NCBI GenBank assembly: GCA_014859345.1
Contig: JACUUL010000002.1
Coordinates: 391 to 64,390 of the forward strand
Direction of reading: 5' to 3'
DNA from: Thermoleophilia bacterium
GTDB taxonomy: Bacteria > Actinomycetota > Thermoleophilia > BMS3ABIN01
Length of the DNA stretch: 64,000 nt
The notes under the pieces are model-generated. The model saw only the letters and a program-made list of their open reading frames with translations. It had not been told where the DNA came from and did no database searches. Positions 57,977 to 64,000 of the stretch are shown here, piece after piece (position 1 is the first letter of the stretch; every line of letters starts with the position of its first letter). Both the position numbers and the translations under genes were made by a program.

Positions 57977-59339
57977 CCTCCAGGGCTAAGCCGATTGCGA
58001 TGGCCAACCGTGGCCCCAGAGACCTCAGGTCTTCATCGCTAAACCCGGTCCGGTTCTGGGTAATCCGTTTAAGCGGATCGCCAATTTCCACCGCGAATTG
58101 AAATGCCTGCGAAAGATGCCGGTCAAGGTTGGGCAGTTGCGCCCCCACGCCGCTGATTAACAGCCTGGTGACGGGTGCCGACGCTTCCTGGGTTTGATAA
58201 TAGTCCAGCGATCGCCGGATCTCGTCTGCCAGCGCTTCGGCCGCAAGCTCCAGGACCCGCTGAACCTCTGCGGCGCCTCCTGCTTCCGTACCGGTAATAT
58301 CTGGCCCCTCCGGTTTCGCCGGACCGGGAGGCTCCCCACCCGGCCTTTCTTCTCCGGCAGCCTTAACCTCTCCCGGTTCTTCCGAGGGCGCTGAGGGCCC
58401 GGGCTCACCGGCCGGGAATTCCTGTGGGCCTTCCGTGGGCGGAATTATTGCGGTGTCCGCCTCCCCTTCCCCGGGGGCACGCTCTCCCGGCGTCCCCAGG
58501 CCGGTTCTGGTTTTCAGAACCTCGGCTTCCTTGAAGGTTATTCCCTTGAGATCCTGTACCGCCCTCGTGAAATAATCAGCCCCGAACGAGATAATGCGGG
58601 TAAACTGCGGTTCCCCTCCCGCCTCCACAACCAGGTTGGTAACGTCAGATCCAATGTTGGCAAGAGCGATGGCCCCACTTGCCGGCTCAAGTTCGAGAAC
58701 GTTCTTGGAGGCCAGCGATCTGAGCATGGCAAACGCTTGAAGATCGATGCCCGAAACAGCGAGCTTGGCCTTCTTGATCGCGTTGACGAAATCCATCACC
58801 ATGATTTTCTGGGCCGCGACCACCAGGATTTTCAGTTTTTCGATGCTGTTCTCGTCCTTGAAACGGCCCAGGACATGGTAATCCAGAATCGCCTCCTCGA
58901 TGGGGATAGGGATATAATCCTGCGCCTGAAACTCTATAGCAGAACGCAGTTCTTTCTCGTCAAGAACAGGAAATTCCAGGGTACGAACGACCACCTTCTG
59001 ATTAGCCAGCCCCAGGGCCACTTTTTTACCTTTTATTTTATTGGTCTTCCAAAAATCCCTGATTGCGAACGAAAGAGCGTCGACGTCGAGGACCTCGCCT
59101 TCCTGAATGAGTCCGTCAGGAAGGTCATCGACCGCCGCCGACAGCATGGCCGCCCCACCGACAAGATACTTTAGCTGTACCGCGTTGATGTAATTTCGTC
59201 CCAGATCCAAACCCACAGGACTGGCCTTGCCGGCGCCGCCACGCCTCTTCGCCTTCTTTTCTCTGGGCCTTTTTTCCTTGGCGGGCCGAGGTTGCTTCTG
59301 CCTGGCCTTCCGGGGAGGCTTTTCCTTTTTTTTCACCAT
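57966..59339 (-). CDS. pilM: Type IV pilus assembly protein PilM
   Basis: VGLDLG, VVVRTLEFP, FQAQDYIPIPIEEAILDY, EIRRSLDYY, ISGVGAQL, AIAIGLAL. Confidence 0.92.
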   Translation of the reverse strand: MVKKKEKPPRKARQKQPRPAKEKRPREKKAKRRGGAGKASPVGLDLGRNYINAVQLKYLVGGAAMLSAAVDDLPDGLIQEGEVLDVDALSFAIRDFWKTNKIKGKKVALGLANQKVVVRTLEFPVLDEKELRSAIEFQAQDYIPIPIEEAILDYHVLGRFKDENSIEKLKILVVAAQKIMVMDFVNAIKKAKLAVSGIDLQAFAMLRSLASKNVLELEPASGAIALANIGSDVTNLVVEAGGEPQFTRIISFGADYFTRAVQDLKGITFKEAEVLKTRTGLGTPGERAPGEGEADTAIIPPTEGPQEFPAGEPGPSAPSEEPGEVKAAGEERPGGEPPGPAKPEGPDITGTEAGGAAEVQRVLELAAEALADEIRRSLDYYQTQEASAPVTRLLISGVGAQLPNLDRHLSQAFQFAVEIGDPLKRITQNRTGFSDEDLRSLGPRLAIAIGLALEDEE

Positions 59340-59757
59340 TGCTTCTCTATCTTTTTCTTCGGTGCGGACTTCCGTCTCAATAACGATTTCTCTTTTGGAG
59401 GTTCCGGGGAGAGACCGCGAGAATGGTGTGGTCCACTCTCAGGCCGGGCTTTGGCTGCCACTTTATTTAGCTTTTCGGTCATATCGGTCATGGATTTTTC
59501 GGGATAACCGCTTCTCCCTCTGAGGGGTTGATGGTAACTTTCGACAATTCATATATTTTTCCCTTTTACGCAAGCAAAAAAGATTTCAAGAGGATTCCCT
59601 TTTTTAACGGCCGCCATTGCCGGATACTTTAATTCGATGGATCCGCCAGCTTCTAAGTCGCCAGGGATTTCATGCCTCCGCCTTGCGCACCAGCCCATTC
59701 AGCAATTTCAAAACTTACGGATTTGCCGGGAATTTGAGCTTTCTCGCGGAGAATGGA

Positions 59758-60564
59758 TCATTTAACGAGCAGATCTCTCAGCCGATCCCCAGGCTTGGAG
59801 CTTCTCATCAGGGACTCGCCGATAAGCGCGGCCCCAACGCCGGCTGCAGCCAACATCTGCATATCACCGCGGTTTTTGATGCCACTTTCGCTGACGACAG
59901 GCACCGAGTCGGGTACAGATTTAATCAAATCGCGGGTCGCCTGCAGGTTGACCTCAAACGTGATCAGGTCCCGGTTGTTGATGCCGATGATGGGGGCGCC
60001 GGCTGACAGCGCTGTCTCTAGTTCGCCGCGCGTGTGCACTTCCACGAGGGAATCCAGGCCGGCCACATTCGCCTCGTCAATCAGCAGTTTCAGATCGCGC
60101 GGACTGAGCGCCGCGACTATCAGCAGGCAAGCGTCAGCGCCTGCTGCCGCGGCTTCCCAGACCTGATAGGGATCGATAATGAAATCTTTGCGAAGAACAG
60201 GCAGCGTCGTGGAGCGCCTCGCCTCCCTGAGATCTTCAAGGCTGCCTTTGAAATAATGCTCTTCGGTGAGAACGGATATCGCCCTGGCGCCGCCGGACTC
60301 GTACTGCCTGACAACGTCGGCCACATCAAGGCCCGGCCTGATGTCGCCTTTTGACGGTGAAGCCCTCTTCACCTCTGCTATGACAGAGATGCCGGGAGCC
60401 TCGACGGCAGCCTTGAATAATCCGGCGCCCCTCCTCGCTGGCGCGTCATCTCCAGCCGGGATTTCTTCCAGGACCCTTTTAATTTTGGCAAGCGGTTTCG
60501 TCCGGCGCCGCTCCTCGAGATCCCTCCGGGTGGAGATGAGGATTTTGGTGAGGAAATCGGACAT
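59758..60564 (-). CDS. trpC: Indole-3-glycerol phosphate synthase
   Basis: IAEVKRASPSKG, ISVLTEEHYFKGS, LRKDFIIDPYQ, GINNRDL, SESGI, LIGESLM. Confidence 0.95.
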   Translation of the reverse strand: MSDFLTKILISTRRDLEERRRTKPLAKIKRVLEEIPAGDDAPARRGAGLFKAAVEAPGISVIAEVKRASPSKGDIRPGLDVADVVRQYESGGARAISVLTEEHYFKGSLEDLREARRSTTLPVLRKDFIIDPYQVWEAAAAGADACLLIVAALSPRDLKLLIDEANVAGLDSLVEVHTRGELETALSAGAPIIGINNRDLITFEVNLQATRDLIKSVPDSVPVVSESGIKNRGDMQMLAAAGVGAALIGESLMRSSKPGDRLRDLLVK

Positions 60565-60592
60565 GACAACACTCTGTTCAGTTCCGGGAAGC

Positions 60593-61627
60593 CTAGATTT
60601 TCCTGGTTGACTTGATAAATGCCTCCAGGCTGGCATGGGCGGCGCCGCTGTCAATGCTGCGGGCAGCAAGTTCGACCGCGTCTCCGATGCTGCCGGCAAT
60701 GCCGGCCGAATAAAGCGCCGCGGCTGCGTTGAGCAGGACGACATCCCGGCGCGCGCCGGCCTCTCCCTCCAGGATGCTTCTAAGGATGGCAGCGTTGGCG
60801 TGGGCGTCGCCTCCCTTAAGAATCCCTGACCCGGCAGTTTCATTCAGGCCGAAATCACACGGCCTGATTTTATACGTCTTTATCCCGTCCTCGCCCATTT
60901 TGACCTCGGCTACCAGAGTCGGCCCGCTGATGGTAATTTCGTCCAGTCCATCGTCGCCATGGACGACGAGCCCGTGCCTGCAGCCGAGTTCCTTTAGTGC
61001 CCTGGCCATCAACTCGACGTAACTCCCGTCGAAAACGCCGACGACCTGACAGGCGGCGCCCGCGGGGTTGGTAAGCGGACCGAGGATATTGAAGACAGTG
61101 CGCACGCCCAGCTTTGTCCTCACCGGCACTACATGCTTCATGGCCTGATGATGAAGAGGCGCGAACATGAAGCCGATGCCTGCCTCCCGGATGCAGCGGG
61201 CCACGCCGGCAGCCGGGAGATCAAGGTTTGCTCCCAGCGCCTCCAGGACGTCGGCGCTGCCGGATTGGCTGGTGGCGCCACGGTTGCCGTGTTTGGCCAC
61301 CTTTGCTCCAGCACCGGCAGCCACGAAAGCGGCCGTGGTCGAGATGTTGAAGCTGTTGGACTTGTCGCCACCAGTGCCGCAGGTATCCACCAGCTCCACG
61401 CCGGGAAGTACAACCCGCGTGGAGAAATTACGCATTGTGCGCGCCAGTCCGGCTACTTCAGTGACAGTTTCTCCTTTGGTGCGCAAGGCCAGAAGGAATG
61501 CGGCCGTCTCGACTTCACTGGCGTTTCCGGTCATGATTTGCTGCAGCACAGAACCGGCCTCTGCGGCCTCAAGGTCTTTTCCGGAAGCAAGGCGGTCTAT
61601 CGCCTTCATGAGTATCTCGTTCGGCAT
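60593..61627 (-). CDS. trpD: Anthranilate phosphoribosyltransferase
   Basis: DTCGTGGD, FNISTT, AKHGNR, SGSADVLEALG, RTVFNILGPLTNP, DGLDEI. Confidence 0.96.
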   Translation of the reverse strand: MPNEILMKAIDRLASGKDLEAAEAGSVLQQIMTGNASEVETAAFLLALRTKGETVTEVAGLARTMRNFSTRVVLPGVELVDTCGTGGDKSNSFNISTTAAFVAAGAGAKVAKHGNRGATSQSGSADVLEALGANLDLPAAGVARCIREAGIGFMFAPLHHQAMKHVVPVRTKLGVRTVFNILGPLTNPAGAACQVVGVFDGSYVELMARALKELGCRHGLVVHGDDGLDEITISGPTLVAEVKMGEDGIKTYKIRPCDFGLNETAGSGILKGGDAHANAAILRSILEGEAGARRDVVLLNAAAALYSAGIAGSIGDAVELAARSIDSGAAHASLEAFIKSTRKI

Positions 61628-61650
61628 GATTATTTCCCCATATCGTTATT

Positions 61651-62241
61651 TCAACTGATGCTCATTTTCAAAAAATTTCCCAGGATCTGCTTTCCCGGCG
61701 CGGTGAGAATACTCTCGGGGTGGAACTGCACTCCCTCCAGGGCCGGCAGCGAACTGTGGCGGAAGCCCATGACAACGCCGTCTTCAGCCCAGGCGGTTCG
61801 TTCCAGCACGCCGGGAATCGGTTCGCCGATAATCAGCGAGTGATAGCGCGTGGCCGTGAAGGGGTTCGTGACTCCCTGGAATAATGTCTTGCCATCGTGG
61901 TATATCTCGGACGTCTTGCCATGCACCGGCGCTTCACCGCGGATGACCTCTCCCCCGAATACCTGCCCGATCGATTGATGCCCCAGGCATACTCCCAGCA
62001 GCGGTACGCGGCCGCCGAAATATTGCACCGCCTCCATCGATATCCCCGCTTCGTTCGGAGTACAGGGGCCCGGCGAGATAACGATGTGGCTGGGCCCTCG
62101 CTCCTCCATCTCGGGACAGGTGATGCGGTCGTTGCGAAAAACCTCTATCTCGGCTCCCAGTTCTCCCAGAAACTGCACCAGATTGTAGGCGAAGGAATCA
62201 TAGTTGTCTATTACTAATACTTGTGGTATCATGACTGGCAA
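61651..62241 (-). CDS. trpG: Anthranilate synthase component II (glutamine amidotransferase)
   Basis: IDNYDSF, ISPGPCTP, GVCLGHQ, TRYHSL, GVQFHPESI. Confidence 0.93.
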   Translation of the reverse strand: MPVMIPQVLVIDNYDSFAYNLVQFLGELGAEIEVFRNDRITCPEMEERGPSHIVISPGPCTPNEAGISMEAVQYFGGRVPLLGVCLGHQSIGQVFGGEVIRGEAPVHGKTSEIYHDGKTLFQGVTNPFTATRYHSLIIGEPIPGVLERTAWAEDGVVMGFRHSSLPALEGVQFHPESILTAPGKQILGNFLKMSIS

Positions 62242-62368
62242 TTGGTTGTGATTTCCTGGTTACCGGCTTTTGACCTCGGCATGATTGCCATTCCCCTGAT
62301 AAAGCAGATCCCTGGCTCCGCACAGTGTGAAAAATATTCTATCCGGCGGAACCGGGAAGCGCTTTCCG

Positions 62369-63889
62369 CTACTCCCATTCCCTTTGCTCCTGGGCCAGCC
62401 TGATTGCAGAAAACATGGCCCGGGCCTTGTTTCTGGTCTCCTCGTATTCGTTGGCGGGAACCGAATCGGCAACCACGCCGCCGCCGGCCTGTACGTACGC
62501 CCTGCCGTCCTTTAAGAGGATGGTCCTGATGCAGATGCATGTATCCAGTTCGCCCCGCTGGAAACTGAGGTAACCGATGGCGCCCGCGTAAGGCCCGCGC
62601 TTGGTGGGTTCCAGCTCGTCGATGATCTCCATGGACCGGATCTTGGGGGCACCGGAAACAGTGCCTGCCGGGAATGCTGCCTTGAGAGCGTCGGCGGCCT
62701 CCAGGCCGTCCTTCAGCCTGCCCACGACAACGGAGACGATATGCATCACATGAGAATAATACTCAATGCGCATCAGGTCCACTACCTCCACGGTGCCGGG
62801 CTCGCAGACCCGGCCCAGATCGTTGCGTCCCAGGTCCACCAGCATGATGTGCTCGGCGAGCTCCTTGCCGTCGGAAAGCAGATCTTCTGCCAGGCGTTTG
62901 TCCTCCTCCGGAGTGGCGCCGCGTGGACGGGTGCCGGCTATGGGCCGGGTCTCAACCCAGCCCCGGTTGACCTTGATAAGCGGTTCCGGCGAGGAACCGA
63001 CCAGGGAGAAATCATCAAAAGCTATGTAATACATATATGGCGAAGGGTTAACAACCCTCAGTCCCCGGTAAATACCGAACGGCGATACCTCGACGTCCAG
63101 GCTGAAGCGCTGCGAAGGCACAGTCTGGAAGCTGTCACCGGCGAAGATATATTCCTTGACCCTTTCCACGGCGGCTTCGAAATCCTCGCGCCGGAAATTC
63201 GAGACCGGCTCGCCCAGGGGCGCCCGGTCATGGACTTCGGCGTGCGGCAGCGGCTCATCCAGCAATTCCTTGAGCAGCAGCACCCGCTCGCGCGCCTCCT
63301 CATAGGACTGGCCGATATCCTTGCCTTCCTCCACAAACGCGTTTGCCAGCAGCATGGTAGTGTGCTTGAGATGATCAAAAATCACGATGGAATCTGATAC
63401 CAGAAACGCCATCTCCGGCACGCCCAGATCGTCCGGGTTTGGCGGCGGCAGCTCCTCCACCCAGCGCACCAGGTCGTAGCCGAACATACCCACCGCTCCG
63501 CCGATAAAAGGCGGCAGCTCATCGATATGCGGAGCGCGATACCGGGAAAGATAGCGACTCACGGAGCCAAAGGGATCATCGCAAGGGCTCACTGTCAGGT
63601 CGTCTCCTTCGCGGATGATCAGCTCCCCTTCGCTGAAGGTGATAACGGCCCGGGGGTCGCATCCCAGGAAGGAATAACGGCCGATGCGCTCACCCTGCTC
63701 CGCGCTCTCCAGCAGAAAGGAATTCTTCATCGCTCCCAGTTTCAAAAATGCCGAGACCGGGGTCTCGAGATCAGAGATGAAACTGTGATAAACAGGGATA
63801 AGATTGTATTTCCGGGCGAGTTCCCGCGCCTCCGCGAGAGTCGGATGAATCTCCAGGCTGGCGGATCCCGCCGACCCTTTTATTTCCAT
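62369..63889 (-). CDS. trpE: Anthranilate synthase component I
   Basis: LLESAE...GRYSF, NPSPYMY, GSSPE, RPIAGTRPRG, EHIMLVDLGRND, FPAGTVSGAPK. Confidence 0.95.
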   Translation of the reverse strand: MEIKGSAGSASLEIHPTLAEARELARKYNLIPVYHSFISDLETPVSAFLKLGAMKNSFLLESAEQGERIGRYSFLGCDPRAVITFSEGELIIREGDDLTVSPCDDPFGSVSRYLSRYRAPHIDELPPFIGGAVGMFGYDLVRWVEELPPPNPDDLGVPEMAFLVSDSIVIFDHLKHTTMLLANAFVEEGKDIGQSYEEARERVLLLKELLDEPLPHAEVHDRAPLGEPVSNFRREDFEAAVERVKEYIFAGDSFQTVPSQRFSLDVEVSPFGIYRGLRVVNPSPYMYYIAFDDFSLVGSSPEPLIKVNRGWVETRPIAGTRPRGATPEEDKRLAEDLLSDGKELAEHIMLVDLGRNDLGRVCEPGTVEVVDLMRIEYYSHVMHIVSVVVGRLKDGLEAADALKAAFPAGTVSGAPKIRSMEIIDELEPTKRGPYAGAIGYLSFQRGELDTCICIRTILLKDGRAYVQAGGGVVADSVPANEYEETRNKARAMFSAIRLAQEQREWE

Positions 63890-64000
63890 CGTCTGAGCAG
63901 CTCCTCGAAGACGTCGCCGAGCGGCACATCTTCCAGCGCCAGCAGCACCTCCACGTGATAGAACAGGTCGGCTGTCTCGCGAACGATCTCTTCACGGTCG
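63880..64000 (-). CDS. hisE: C-terminus of phosphoribosyl-ATP pyrophosphatase HisE/HisIE (partial)
   Basis: Reads DREEIVRETADLFYHVEVLLALEDVPLGDVFEELLRRWK*, the E.ADL.YH motif; stop overlaps the trpE start. Confidence 0.85.
   Translation of the reverse strand, partial: DREEIVRETADLFYHVEVLLALEDVPLGDVFEELLRRWK

Noticed and set aside
59340-59757. Possible c-di-GMP-I riboswitch upstream of pilM (GGCAAA...GAAA...GCGCAAGGC on the minus strand)
   Set aside because: Stems do not pair convincingly and spacing departs from the consensus; a cmsearch with RF01051 would settle it.

Overview
GC-rich bacterial chromosome segment, mostly housekeeping genes on the minus strand. Gene content and order suggest a deep-branching monoderm actinobacterium, possibly Thermoleophilia-like (inference): Firmicutes-like SigA, heterotetrameric GlyQS, SigB/F-type sigma, pilMNO without pilQ, tlyA-nadK-recN...pyrG...nudix-ald-xerD. 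Minus-strand blocks from the right end: hisE-trpEGDC; pilMNO(P-like)-aroCKB-aroQ-pepP-efp-pycB/accB-accC-nusB-xseB-ispA-dxs-tlyA-nadK-recN; an accessory islet (DUF362, CDF transporter, repeat-bearing GH73 hydrolase, ferredoxin, methyltransferase); pyrG-M20-nudix-ald-xerD-deoB-pdp; MBL-hisS-aspS-6S RNA; iscU-mnmA fusion; sigB-like-alaS-ruvX-mltG; recO; glyQS-ppdK-dgt-dnaG-rpoD-tRNA-Asn; and a small redox cluster. Best signals not shown by the ORF track: (1) an ArsM-like methyltransferase whose apparent TGA stop lies at the conserved Cys position (WFA-U-IAGA) and is followed by a SECIS-like hairpin, i.e. a probable selenoprotein that has lost the other ArsM cysteines; (2) a 6S RNA with its own promoter downstream of aspS; (3) a PycB carboxyltransferase fused to a complete AccB with an internal SD+ATG; (4) a degenerate one-Cys IscU domain fused to MnmA; (5) two probable non-canonical start codons; (6) a terminator in the pyrG leader. 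No CRISPR array, prophage, IS element or rRNA was seen.
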